64,000 nt of DNA from contig NC_052149.1 in NCBI RefSeq assembly GCF_902713615.1, positions 126,483,256-126,547,255 of the forward strand, in the 5' to 3' direction. The stretch is from Scyliorhinus canicula (taxonomy: Eukaryota). A program made the position numbers and the translations under genes. Position 1 is the stretch's first letter, and each line of letters opens with the position of its first letter. Shown in pieces: positions 47,701-61,900 of the stretch. Below the pieces are notes generated by a model that did not search any database, had not been told where the DNA came from, and saw nothing but the letters and a program-made list of their open reading frames with translations.

Positions 47701-49325
47701 ACCCCAAGTGCCATTCCAGAACTTCCCTGACCTCACTGACCTGGTAATTCTGACCTCACTGACCTGTTACCCCTGACCTCAATGACCTGCTAATTCTGAC
47801 CTCACTGACCTGTTACCCCTGACCTCACTGACCTGTTATCCCTACCGCACTGACCTGTTAATTCTGACCTCACTGACCTGTTAATTCTGACCTCACTGAC
47901 CTGTTATCCCTGACCTCACTGACCTGTTAACTCTGACCTCACTGACCTTTTAATTCTGACCTCACGGACCTGTTAATTCTGACCTCACTGACATGTTAAT
48001 TTTGACCTCACTGACCTGTTAATTCTGACCTCACTGACCTGTTATCCCTACCGCACTGACCTGTTAATTCTCACCTCACTGACCTGTTAATTCTGACCTC
48101 ACTGACCTGTTAAATCTGACCTCACTGACATGTTAATTCTGACCTCACTGACCTGTTAATTCTGACCTCACTGACCTGTTAATTCTGACCTCACTGACCT
48201 GTTATCCCCAACATCACTTATCTGTTAGCCCTGATCTCACTGACCTGTTACCTTTGAACTCACTGATTTATTGCCCCAAACCTCACTGACCTCTTACCCC
48301 TGACCTCACTGACCTGTTAATTTTGACCTCACTGACATGTTAATTTTGGATTAGCTCAAGCGAGAGCACAACACGGCCGAAGATTCGCACCCCAAGTGCC
48401 ATTCCAGAACTTCCCTGACCTCACTGACCTGGTAATTCTGACCTCACTGACCTGTTACCCCTGACCTCAATGACCTGCTAATTCTGACCTCACTGACCTG
48501 TTACCCCTGACCTCACTGATCTGTTATCCCTACCGCACTGACCTGTTAATTCTGACCTCACTGACCTGTTAATTCTGACCTCACTGACCTGTTATCCCTG
48601 ACCTCACTGACCTGTTAACTCTGACCTCACTGACCTTTTAATTCTGACCTCACGGACCTGTTAATTCTGACCTCACTGACATGTTAATTTTGACCTCACT
48701 GACCTGTTAATTCTGACCTCACTGACCTGTTATCCCCTACATCACTTATCTGTTAGCCCTGATCTCACTGACCTGTTACCTTTGAACTCACTGATTTATT
48801 GCCCCAAACCTCACTGACCTCTTACCCCTGACCTCACTGACCTGTTAATTCTGACCTCACTGACATGTTAATTTTGACCTCACTGACCTGTTAATTCTGA
48901 CCTCACTGACCTGTTAATTCTGACCTCACTGACCTGTTAATTCTGACCTCACTGACCTGTTAATTCTGACCACACTGGCCTGTTATCCCTGACCTCACTG
49001 ACCTGTTAATTCTGACCTCACTAGCCTGTTACCCCTGAACTCACTGACCTGTTAATTCTGACCTCACTGACCTGTTAATTCTGCCTCACTGACCTGTTAC
49101 CCCTGACTTCACTGACCTGTTAATTCTGACCTCACTGACCTGTTACCCCTGACCTCACTGACCTGTTAATTCTGACCTCATTGACCTTTTAATTCTGACC
49201 TCACTGACCTGTTATCCCCTACATCACTTATCTGTTAGCCCTGATCTCATTGACCTGTGACCTTTGAACTCACTGATCTATTGCCCCTAACCTCACTGAC
49301 CTCTTACTCCTGACCTCACTGACCT
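44746..49325. repeat. Satellite, 23-bp unit TGACCTCACTGACCTGTTAATTC, with higher-order duplications
   Basis: Period 23 (45661 to 45684); a ~70-bp non-repeat marker recurs at 44677, 46283, 47659 and 48347. Confidence 0.97.
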
Positions 49326-49839
49326 CCAATTCCCTCCATGGCCTCACTCCTCCCTACCTCTGTGTCCTGCTGCAGACTCACATTCCCTCCCTCACCCTTC
49401 CATCCTCTGGCTCTGGTCTCCTGCCCATCGCTACTTCCTTCATCCCACCATTGACAGCAGAGCCTTCAGATGCTTAGGGCTTGATCTCTGAACTCTCACC
49501 CTTAAACCGTCCCCCTCTCCAGGTCACTCCATCCATCAAACTCCATCCTTCAATCCAAGCCTTCGATTAATCTTCCTTAAATACCCCCAACTCTCCCGCT
49601 CCTCTTACTGCCGCTCTGCGTATCATCCTGGGATGTTTTGTACATTAAGGCACTGTTTAAATTAATTTTGTGTGGGGATTTTGTTTGGGGACAGAATTAG
49701 ACAAAGTAGTGATGGCTCCTTCAGTCAAATATCCTGATGAAAGGGTCCAAACTGCCTCAAACAGAATGGGGAAGAGGCTGATGTTAGATTTTTTAAATGT
49801 ATCCATTCATGTGATGTGGGTGTCACTGGCTGGATCAGC

Positions 49840-51900
49840 ATTTATTGCCCATCCCTAATTGCCCCAGCGGATGTGGTGATGAGCTGCCTTCTTGAACGGC
49901 TACAGACCCTGAGGTGTAGGTACACCCACAGTGCTGTTAGGGAGGGCATTCCTGCATTTTGATCCTGAATTCTGAACCTTGTCGCTCGCCTGAGGTGTGG
50001 TGTCCCTCAGGTTAAATCACCACCAGCCAGATCTCCCTGTCTAAGGGGAAAGCAGCCTATGGTCATCTGGGACTATGATGACTTTGCTATTTATATGGCT
50101 AGTCCAGTTCAGTATCTGGTTCATGGTAAACTCCCAGGATGTTAATAATGGGGGATTCAATGATGGTACACAATTCATTGAATGTCAAGAGGCAATGGTT
50201 GGATTCTCTCTTGTTGGAGATGGACATTGCCTGGCATTTCTGTGGTGTTAATGTTACTTACCACTTGTCAAATCAACTCTGGATACTGTCCAGTCTTGCT
50301 GCACTTGGACAAGGACTGCTTCATTATCTGAGGAGTCGTGAATGGTGCTGAACATTGTGCAGTCATCCGCAAACATCCCCACTTCTGACCTTATGATGGA
50401 AGGGAGGACGTTGATGAAGCAGCTGAAGATGGTTGGGCCTTGGACACTACCCTGAGCAACTCCTGCAGTTATGTCCTGAAGCTGAGATGATTGACCTCCA
50501 ACTACAGCAACCATCTTCCTTTGTGCCGTGTATGAGACCAACCAGCGGATGGTTTTGCCCCCAATTCTCATTGACTCCAGTTTAGCTTGGGCTCCTTGAT
50601 GCCACACTCGGTCAAATGCTGCCTTGTTAGGGGGGCAGCAAGTTCTGGAGCACAAGTCTTCAATACTATTGCTGGAATATTGTCAGGGCCCATAGGCTTT
50701 GAGTATCCAGTGCCTTCAGCCGTTTATTAATATCACGTGGAGTGAATCGTATTGGCTGAAGACTGACATCTGTGATATGGAGACCTCAGGAGGAGACCGA
50801 GATGGATCATCCACTCGGCCCTTCTGGCTGAAGATTGTTGTGAATGCTTCCGCTTTGTCTTTAGTACGAATGCGCTGGGTTCTTCCATCATTGAGGATGA
50901 GGATATTTGTGGAGCCTCCTCCTCCAGTGAGTTGTTTAATTGTCCACCAACATTCACAGCTGGATGTGACAGGACTGCAGAGCTTAGATCTTATCCATTG
51001 GTTGTGGGATCGTTTAGCTCTGTCTGTCACTTGCTGAAAGCGCTGTTTGATACACAAGTAGTCCTGTGTTGTAGTGCACCAGATTGCCTGGTGTTGTTCC
51101 TGGCGTGCTCTCCTGCACTCTTCATTAAACCAGGGTTGCACCCCTGGCTCAGTGATAATGGTAGAGTGGGAGATATGCAGAGTCATGAGGTTGCAGATGG
51201 TGGTTCAGTCCAATTCTGCTGCTGCTGATGACCCATACCACCTCATGGATGCCCAGTATTGAGTTACTAGATCTGTTCTGAATCTATCCCATTTAGCACT
51301 GTGGTAGTGCCACACAACAGAATAGAGTGTGTCCTCAATATGAAGATGGATCTTTGTCTCCACAAGGACTGTGTGGTGGTCACTCCTACCGATACTGTCA
51401 TGGACAGATGTATCTGTGGAATGTAGATTGTTGAGGATGAGGCCAAGTATGTTTGTCCCTCTTGTTGGTTCCCTCACCACCTGCTGCAGTCCCAGGTCCA
51501 GCAACTATGTCCTTTAGGACCTGGCCAGCTTGGCATGTGGTGGTATTACTGAGCCACTCTTGGTGATGGACATTGAAGGTCCCCACTCAGACTATAATCT
51601 GCACCCATGCCACCCTCAGTGCTTCCTCCAAGTGGTGTTCAACATTGTGGTGCTGTCTCATAAACTGAGGGAGATGTGGGGTATGGTAATCATATTTAAC
51701 ACATGTCTAACCTGACACCATGAGACTACATGGGGTCCAGATTCGATGTTGAGGATTCCCAGGGCACCTCCTCCCGACAGTATACCACTTTGCCCCCACC
51801 TCTGCTGGGTCTGTCCTGCTGGTGAGACAGGACATACCCAGGGAATGGTGATATTGTCTGGGACATTGGCTGCAATTCTCCAGTCTCTTTACGTTCTCGT
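49840..51900 (-). mobile_element. CR1-group LINE, decayed ORF2 fragment
   Basis: AAFDRVWHQG..WLVSY..GVAQGSVQGP..FADDC (50254-50655); EPGVQPWFNEECRRA; REPTRGTNILGLIL. Confidence 0.8.
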
Positions 51901-51914
51901 TCAAACAAGGCCGG

Positions 51915-52960
51915 TGAATAGTGGGAGAGGACAAAAATGAGATCCGTGCCAGGTGCTAAACAGCTTGCGATGTAACCGGCCGCTCCCATCGGCCAAATCA
52001 GGGTCTCCCATCATTCAGCCGCGTCCCCAGCAAGTGGTCATGCTGACGCCGATTAGTACTCCATTTAAAATGGTGAACCTGGCGGAAGGGCTTCTGTGGG
52101 GAGCTGAGGAGGTGAGTAGCCATCTTTACTCACAGGCAAAGAGCCCGGGGGCACTGGGTTTGCCAACCCAGTGCTGGATGGGGGTTGAGGGACCCTCGGC
52201 TGGGGATGGGTTTTCCACCGAGGTATGTGTATCTGCACTGGTGGAGGGGGGGATGACAGCTGTGACACGATTATAAAGGTTGTATCCTTGGAGATCTCCT
52301 CTGAGGTGTTCTGCTCGGAGTCAGGAGAGGAGGCCTCACGGGAAGGGCTGGCGCCATCGGCTGGAGGACTTGCGGGCGAATGGACATGTGGTCAGTGGGA
52401 GGGATGGGCCAGTCAGTAAGGGAATAATAACTCACGTATGACAGGTCCCTGGGTGGATTCTGGTGGTTCCTCACATCAGCAGCATCCGCCAGCCTCCGTG
52501 TGGGTGACTAATCTGTCCTCGGCTACACCGTCACATCCAGCGCCTGCTCCTCAAAGAGGTAAGGATTCTAATGTCCACCAGTCTGGGCCCTCTCCCGATG
52601 GTTATGGGAGAGCTTTTCCTGAGGAGACACAGAGAGGGCATCGTTAGCTACAAGCGTGGTTCACAGTGGTGGGAGAGGGGGGTGTGGTGGAGGGGTGATG
52701 TGCTGTTTGACTTTGTTAATGGGGGGTTAGCGAACGTGGTATCGTTGAATCAGCTGGCGAGCCTTTATTTGAGACAAGAAATCCGTGAGGCCTCGTCAAT
52801 GGACCAATTAACGTGGAATAGAGTTGCCGGCTCGCTGGGCTGAGAGCCGGGAACTTTGCAGCAATTCCCGCTCGCTAACACTTTGAAATGTTTCCGGAGA
52901 ATTGCGTGCATTATCTGTGAAGCATAATTCTGAAAGTATGACTGTGTCTGACCAGTCTGT
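51915..52960. mobile_element. GC-rich non-autonomous DNA-transposon-like element
   Basis: Shares a motif with 17870-18240; boundaries approximate. Confidence 0.35.
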
Positions 52961-53780
52961 GGGACAGCTCCCACAATTCTGACACATGTCCCCAGATATC
53001 AGGAAGGAGGGACTTTGTAGGGTCGACAGGGCTGGGTTTACCGTTGTTGTTTCCGGGGTCTATGTCGATGTCGGGTGGTCTGTTCGGTTTCATTCCTTTT
53101 AGAATTTTCAGCGGTTTGATACAACTGAGTGGCTATTTCAGAGTCAACCACATTGCTGTGGGTCTGGAGTCACATGTAGGCCAGACCAGGTAAGGACGGC
53201 AGATTCCCTTCCCTAAAGGACATTAGTGAACCAGACGGGTTTTTACAACAATGGTTTCATGGTCACCGTTACTGAGACGAGCTTTTAATTCCAGATTTAT
53301 TCATTGAATTTAAATTGCACCAGCTGCGATGGTGGGATTTGAACCTGTGACCAGAGCATTAGCCTGGGCCTCTGGATTACTAGTCCAGTGACATTACCAC
53401 TACACCACGGCCTCCCCCACATTGTGCTGTGGGGCTACATGGAACTGTATCCCAGCATGAAGTGTCCCTCAGGAGGGGAGAGGGAATGTTCGGAGCCCTG
53501 AGCTCCATTTCCCAGCCCAGGCATTTTGTCTTCCAATGAATGAATGAGATGCCAATTTGGAGCCAGGTTAGGGACAGTCTCGTGCTGTGGACCCAGGTCT
53601 ACAAGAGGCAATTGGAGATATCCCTGAAAGGGAAAGATTGCTGGGTTATGGGGATAGAGAGGGGGAGTGGGACTAATTGGGTAGGTCACAGCACGATGGG
53701 CAGAATGGCCTCCTTCTGTGCTGGAAGATTCGAGGTAGTGGACACAGTTCACAGTTTCTCCCGTGTCAGTAACAAACATC

Positions 53781-53886
53781 CAGCTGCTCTGAGCCCCTTC
53801 TTTCACTTCCTCTGTTGGTTACGTTTCAATCTTCCTATCTGACAGTCTTTGCTGTTATTTTTTACACTGGGGGTTTCTGCTGTGGT
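53781..53886. promoter_or_regulatory. Candidate B-cell enhancer motif cluster
   Basis: E-box CAGCTG 53781-53786; perfect Ets-IRF composite (AGAGGAAGTGAAA on minus) 53801-53813; second Ets core 53831-53836; RUNX site TGTGGT 53881-53886; lies in an apparently non-repeat island. Confidence 0.35.
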
Positions 53887-54835
53887 CTGAATCTCTAACA
53901 ATAACTGTCCAATCAGTGACAAGAACAGCAGCTAAGAGCAGTCAGGACTGAGGAGCCAGGCTCACTGGGAAACACATTGGGAAGATCAAAGCCATCGTCT
54001 TCAGCTCCCGATACAAACTCCATCCCTCTCCCTGAGCTCTGTCTGCTGCTCAACCAGACTCTTTACACCATTGGCCTCATCTCTCTGTTCCTCCACAATT
54101 CCCAGCTTCCCACCATTTAGAAATGACTCTGATTCCTCTTTCTTTGGTCCAAAGTGGATGATTTCACAGCCCCACATTGAACTCCATCTGCCATTGTCTT
54201 CAGTCCCCATCACAATCTCTGTTCCCCAGACACTGATTCCATCCCTCTCCCTGGGCCTGTCTGACTCTGAACCACACAGTTCACAGCCATGGTGTCCTAT
54301 TTGACCCTGAGATGACCTTCCCACCACATTATCCGCTCCATCACTAAGACGGCATATTTCTCCCTCGGTAACATCGCCCGAGTCTGTCCTGCCTCACATC
54401 ATCTGCTGCTGAGAATCTCCTCCATGTCTTTGTTCCCTCTAAACGTGACTATTCCAATGCTGTCCTGGCCGGCCTCACACCTACCACCCTCCGTAAACAT
54501 CAGCTGATCCAAAACTCTGCTGCCTGGATCTGAACTCACACCAAATCCCGTTCACCCATCACCCCCTCTGCTCACTGACCTACACTGACTCCCGGTCCAG
54601 CAATACCTCGATTTTAAATTCTCATCCTTGTTCTCAAACCCCTCCCTGTCTTCCACCCTCCCTATCTCTGTAACCTCCTCCAAGCTGTCTAACTTAGTGT
54701 GGTCAGTAACTTGGATATATGTCTCTCTATTCCTTCATCCAAGTCATTGAGAAATACAGTGAAAAGCTGAGGCTCCAGCTCAGATCCCTGGGGACATCAC
54801 TATTCACATCTAGCTGATTGGAGTACACACACTTG

Positions 54836-55501
54836 GGGTGGGATTCTCCCATCCCGTGCCAGAGTGTCCACGCCATTGTAAACGCTGTCGTGTTTTATGA
54901 CAGTGTGAACAGGCTGCTGCCAAGAGTAATTCTGGCCCCAACAGAGGGCCAGAACGGCAATGGAGCAGTTCACGCCACTCCAGCTGCCAATCCCGGCGCT
55001 AACTGTGAGCCGGGGGATCCGCACATGCGCAGTGGTGCCGATGCCGACGCACTCATGCACGGTTGCCTCCTTCAATCCGCCGGCCCAGACACAACATGGC
55101 GCAGTAGTACAGGGGCCGTAGGATAAGAGCCTGTAGGCAGAAAGGCCGGCCTGTCGATCGGTGGGTCCCGATCGCGGGCCAGGCCGCATTGAAGGCCCCC
55201 CCGGTGTCGGAGCCCCCCGCCGGTGTCGTAGCCCCCCCCCCCCACACACACAGGTCGCCACCCGACCCTTGCACACAGTTAAAATGCTGAGTCCAGCCGG
55301 TGCCATCCACGCCTGCTCGCTGCCAGCGGGACTCAGCATTTTAACAGCGGCCGCTTGGCCCATCCCGCGGAGAGCGGCCCCCAACCAGCGCCGCGCCAAA
55401 CACACGGGCGCCAGTGGCGACGATCTCATGCCGGTGTCGGGGTGGCGTGGCCCGGTCGCGGGGATTCTCCGGCACGGCTCCGGGCTGAGAGAATCCCGCC
55501 C
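54836..55501. mobile_element. Harbinger-type MITE (666 bp)
   Basis: TIRs GGGTGGGATTCTC / GAGAATCCCGCCC; CpG-rich; TSD not recognisable. Confidence 0.75.
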
Positions 55502-55909
55502 ATTATCCCTGCTCCCTGTCTCCTCCCTCCAAACTAATTCCTTAACCATGGAAATTGATTTCCTCAAATTCAATATAATTCAGACGCTTGTTTGGTACAT
55601 TCGAGAATGTCTTTTGGAAATCCATCAATATAACATCCACAGACATTCCCCTATCGACCACATTGATGACCACATTCTAATGTAACCATGTTAGTGAACC
55701 ATGTCTGACCCTTTTAAAATCCATGCTGACTCTCTCGGATCAGTTCATATTTCTCACTCATTTTGTGTCTAATCACAGATTCCAACCACTTCTCCATAAC
55801 AGACATTAAACTGAGATGTTAGTTGTGAATGACACTATCAAACAGCTAGCACAGATATGAGGAGCTGAATGGCGTCCTCCTGTACTGGAGACTTATCTGG
55901 CTCATCAGG

Positions 55910-58900
55910 AACATCACACTTCAAAATCCAGTCAGTGTACACAGGTACATCATACTCACAATCCAGTCTGTGTACACAGGTACATCACACTTCACAACCC
56001 AGTCTGTGTACACAGGTACATCACACTTCACAATGCAGTCTGTGTACACAGGTACATCACACTTCACAATCCAGTCTGTGTACACAGGTACATAACACTT
56101 CACAATGCAGTCTGTGTATACAGGTACATCACACTTCACAATCCAGTCTGTGTACACAGGTACATCACACTTCACAATCCAGTCTGTGTGCACAGGTATA
56201 TCATACTTCACAATCCAGTCTGTGTACACAGGTACATCACACTTCACAATCCAGTCTGTATACACAGGTACATCACACTTCACAATCCAGTCTGTGTGCA
56301 CAGGTACATCACACTTCACAATCCAGCCTGTGTACATAGGTACATCACACTTCACAATCCAGTCAGTGTACACAGGTACATCACACTTCACAACCCAGTC
56401 TGTGTACACAGATACATAACACTACACAATCCAGTCTGTGTACACAAGTACATCACCTTTCACAATCCAGTCTGTGCACACAGGTACATCTCACTTCACA
56501 ATCCAGTCTGTGTGCACAGGCACATCACACTTCACAATCCAGTCTGTCTACACAGGTACATCACACTTCACAATCCAGTCTGTCTACACAGGTACATCAC
56601 ACTTCACAATCCAGTCTGTCTACACAGGTACATCACACTTCACAATCCAGTCTGTGTACACAGGTACATCACACTTCACAATCCAGTCTGTGTGCACAGG
56701 TACATCACACTTCACAATCCAGTCTGTGTACACAGGCACATCACACTTCACAATCCAGTTTGTATACACAGGTACATCACACTTCACAATGCAGTCTGTG
56801 TACACAGGTACATCACACTTCACAATCCAGTCTGTGTACACAGGTACATCACACTTCACAATCCAGTCTGTGTACACAGGTACATCACATTTGAAAATGC
56901 AGTCTGTGTACACAGGTACATCACACTTCACAATCCAGTCTGTGTACACAGGTACATCACACTTCACAATCCAGTCTGTGTACAAAGGTACATCACACTA
57001 CACAATCCAGTCTGTGTACACAGGTACATCACACTTCACAATCCAGTCTGTGTGCACAGGGACATCACACTTCACAATCCAGTCTGTGTACACAGGGACA
57101 TCACACTTCACAATCCAGTCTGTGTACACAGGTAAATCACACTTCACAATCCAGTCTGTGTACACAGGTACATCACACTTCACAATCCAGTCTGTGTGCA
57201 CAGGTACATCACACTTCACAATCCAGTCTGTCTACACAGGTACATCACACTTCACAATCCAGTCTGTGCACACAGGTACATCACACTTCACAATCCAGTC
57301 TGTGTGCACAGGTACATCACACTTCACAATCCAGTCTGTGTGCACAGGTACATCACACTTCACAATCCAGTCTGTGCACACAGGTACATCACACTTCACA
57401 ATCCAGTTTGTATACACAGGTACATCACACTTCACAATGCAGTCTGTGTACACAGGTACATCACACTTCACAATCCAGTCAGTGTACACAGGTACATCAC
57501 ACTTCACAATCCAGTCTGTGTGCACAGGTACATCACACTTCACAATGCAGTCTGTGTACACAGGTACATCACACTTCACAAACTAGTCTGTGTACACAGG
57601 TACATCACACTTCACAATGCAGTCTGTGTACACAGGTACATCACACTTCACAATCCAGTCTGTGTACACAGGTACATCACACTTCACAATCCAGTCTGTG
57701 TACACTGGTACATCACACTTCACAATCCAGTCTGTATACACAGGTACATCACACTTCACAATCCAGTCTGTGTGCACAGGCACATCACACTTCACAATCC
57801 AGTCTGTGTACACAGGTACATCACACTTCACAATCCAGTCTGTGCACACAGGTACATCACACTTCACAATCCAGTCTGTGTGCACAGGTACATCACACTT
57901 CACAATCCAGTCTGTGTACACAGGTACATCACACTTCACAATCCAGTCTGTGTTCACTGGTACATCACACTTCACAATGCAGTCTGTATACACAGGTACA
58001 TCACACTTCACAATCCAGTCTGTGTGCACAGGTACATCACACTTCACAATGCAGTCTGTGTACACAGGTACATCACACTTCACAATCCAGTCTGTGTACA
58101 CAGGTACATCACACTTCACAATCCAGTCTGTGTACACAGGTACATAACACTTCACAATGCAGTATGTGTACACAGGTACATCACACTTCACAATCCAGTC
58201 TGTGTACACAGGTACATCACATTTGACAATGCAGTCTGTGTACACAGGTACATAACACTTCACAATGCAGTATGTGTACACAGGTACATCACACTTCACA
58301 ATCCAGTCTGTGTACACAGGTACATCACATTTGACAATGCAGTCTGTGTACACAGGTACATCACGCTTCACAATGCAGTCTGTGTACACAGGTACATCAC
58401 ATTTCACAATGCAGTCTGTGTACACAGGTACATCACACTTCACAATCCAGTCTGTGTACACAGGTACATCACACTTCACAATCCAGTCTGTGTACACAGG
58501 TACATCACACTTCACAATCCAGTCTGTGTACACAGGTACATCACACTTCACAATCCAGTCTGTGTACACAGGTACATCACACTTCACAATCCAGTCTGTG
58601 TACACAGGTACATCACACTTCACAATCCAGTCTGTGTACACAGGTACATCACACTTCACAATCCAGTCTGTGTACACAGGTACATCACACTTCACAATCC
58701 AGTCTGTGTACACAGGTACATCACACTTCACAATCCAGTCTGTGTACACAGGTACATCACACTTCACAATCCAGTCTGTGTACACAGGTACATCACACTT
58801 CACAATCCAGTCTGTGTACACAGGTACATCACACTTCACAATCCAGTCTGTGTACACAGGTACATCACACTTCACAATCCAGTCTGTGTACACAGGTACA

Positions 58901-61900
58901 TCACACTTCACAATCCAGTCTGTGTACACAGGTACATCACACTTCACAATCCAGTCTGTGTACACAGGTACATCACACTTCACAATGCAGTCTGTGTACA
59001 CAGGTACATCACACTTCACAATCCAGTCTGTGTACACAGGTACATCACATTTGACAATGCAGTCTGTGTAGACAGGTACATCACACTTCACAATCCAGTC
59101 TGTGTACACAGGTACATCACACTTCACAATCCAGCCTGTGTACATAGGTACATCACACTTCACAATCCAGTCAGTGTACACAGGTACATCACACTTCACA
59201 ATCCAGTCTGTGTACACAGATACATCACACTACACAATCCAGTCTGTGTACACAAGTACATCACACTTCACAATCCAGTCTGTGCACACAGGCACATCAC
59301 ACTTCACAATCCAGTCTGTGTGCACAGGCACATCACACTTCACAATCCAGTCCTTGTACACAGGTACATCACACTTCACAATCCAGTCTGTGTACACAGG
59401 TACATCACACTTCACAATCCAGTCTGTCTACACAGGTACATCACACTTCACAATCCAGTCTGTGTACACAGGTACATCACACTTCACAATCCAGTCTGTG
59501 TACACAGGTACATCACACTTCACAATCCAGTCTGTGTACACAGGTACATCACACTTCACAATCCAGTCTGTGTACACAGGTACATCACACTTCACAATCC
59601 AGTCTGTGTACACAGGTACATCACACTTCACAATCCAGTCTGTGTACACAGGTACATCACACTTCACAATCCAGTCTGTGTACACAGGTACATCACACTT
59701 CACAATCCAGTCTGTGTACACAGGTACATCACACTTCACAATCCAGTCTGTGTACACAGGTACATCACACTTCACAATCCAGTCTGTGTACACAGGTACA
59801 TCACACTACACAATCCAGTCTGTGTACACAGGTACATCACACTTCACAATCCAGTCTGTGTGCACAGGTACATCACACTTCACAATCCAGTCTGTGTACA
59901 CAGGTACATCACACTTCACAATCCAGTCTGTGTACACAGGTACATCACACTTCACAATCCAGTCTGTGTACACAGGTACATCACACTTCACAATCCAGTC
60001 TGTGTGCACAGGTACATCACACTTCACAATCCAGTCTGTGTACACAGGTACATCACACTTCACAATCCAGTCTGTGTACACAGGTACATCACACTTCACA
60101 ATCCAGTCTGTGTGCACAGGTACATCACACTTCACAATCCAGTCTGTGCACACAGGTACATCACACTTCACAATCCAGTCTGTGTACACAGGTACATCAC
60201 ACTTCACAATCCAGTCTGTGTACACAGGTACATCACACTTCACAATCCAGTCAGTGTACACAGGTACATCACACTTCACAATCCAGTCTGTGTACACAGG
60301 TACATCACACTTCACAATCCAGTCTGTGTACACAGGTACATCACACTTCACAATCCAGTCTGTGTACACAGGTACATCACACTTCACAATCCAGTCTGTG
60401 TACACAGGTACATCACACTTCACAATCCAGTCTGTGTACACAGGTACATCACACTTCACAATCCAGTCTGTGTACACAGGTACATCACACTTCACAATCC
60501 AGTCTGTGTACACAGGTACATCACACTTCACAATCCAGTCTGTGTGCACAGGTACATCACACTTCACAATCCAGTCTGTGTACACAGGTACATCACACTT
60601 CACAATCCAGTCTGTGCACACAGGTACATCACACTTCACAATCCAGTCTGTGTGCACAGGTACATCACACTTCACAATCCAGTCTGTGTACACAGGTACA
60701 TCACACTTCACAATCCAGTCTGTGTCACAGGTACATCACACTTCACAATCCAGTCTGTGTACACAGGTACATCACACTTCACAATCCAGTCTGTGTGCAC
60801 AGGTACATCACACTTCACAATCCAGTCTGTGTACACAGGTACATCACACTTCACAATCCAGTCTGTGTACACAGGTACATCACACTTCACAATCCAGTCT
60901 GTGTACACAGGTACATCACACTTCACAATCCAGTCTGTGTACACAGGTACATCACACTTCACAATCCAGTCTGTGTACACAGGTACATCACACTTCACAA
61001 TCCAGTCTGTGTACACAGGTACATCACACTTCACAATCCAGTCTGTGTACACAGGTACATCACACTTCACAATCCAGTCTGTGTACACAGGTACATCACA
61101 CTTCACAATCCAGTCTGTGTACACAGGTACATCACACTTCACAATCCAGTCTGTGTACACAGGTACATCACACTTCACAATCCAGTCTGTGTACACAGGT
61201 ACATCACACTTCACAATCCAGTCTGTGTACACAGGTACATCACACTTCACAATCCAGTCTGTGTACACAGGTACATCACACTTCACAATCCAGTCTGTGT
61301 ACACAGGTACATCACACTTCACAATCCAGTCTGTGTACACAGGTACATCACACTTCACAATCCAGTCTGTGTACACAGGTACATCACACTTCACAATCCA
61401 GTCTGTGTACACAGGTACATCACACTTCACAATCCAGTCTGTGTACACAGGTACATCACACTTCACAATCCAGTCTGTGTACACAGGTACATCACACTTC
61501 ACAATCCAGTCTGTGTACACAGGTACATCACACTTCACAATCCAGTCTGTGTACACAGGTACATCACACTTCACAATCCAGTCTGTGTACACAGGTACAT
61601 CACACTTCACAATCCAGTCTGTGTACACAGGTACATCACACTTCACAATCCAGTCTGTGTACACAGGTACATCACACTTCACAATCCAGTCTGTGTACAC
61701 AGGTACATCACACTTCACAATCCAGTCTGTGTACACAGGTACATCACACTTCACAATCCAGTCTGTGTACACAGGTACATCACACTTCACAATCCAGTCT
61801 GTGTACACAGGTACATCACACTTCACAATCCAGTCTGTGTACACAGGTACATCACACTTCACAATCCAGTCTGTGTACACAGGTACATCACACTTCACAA

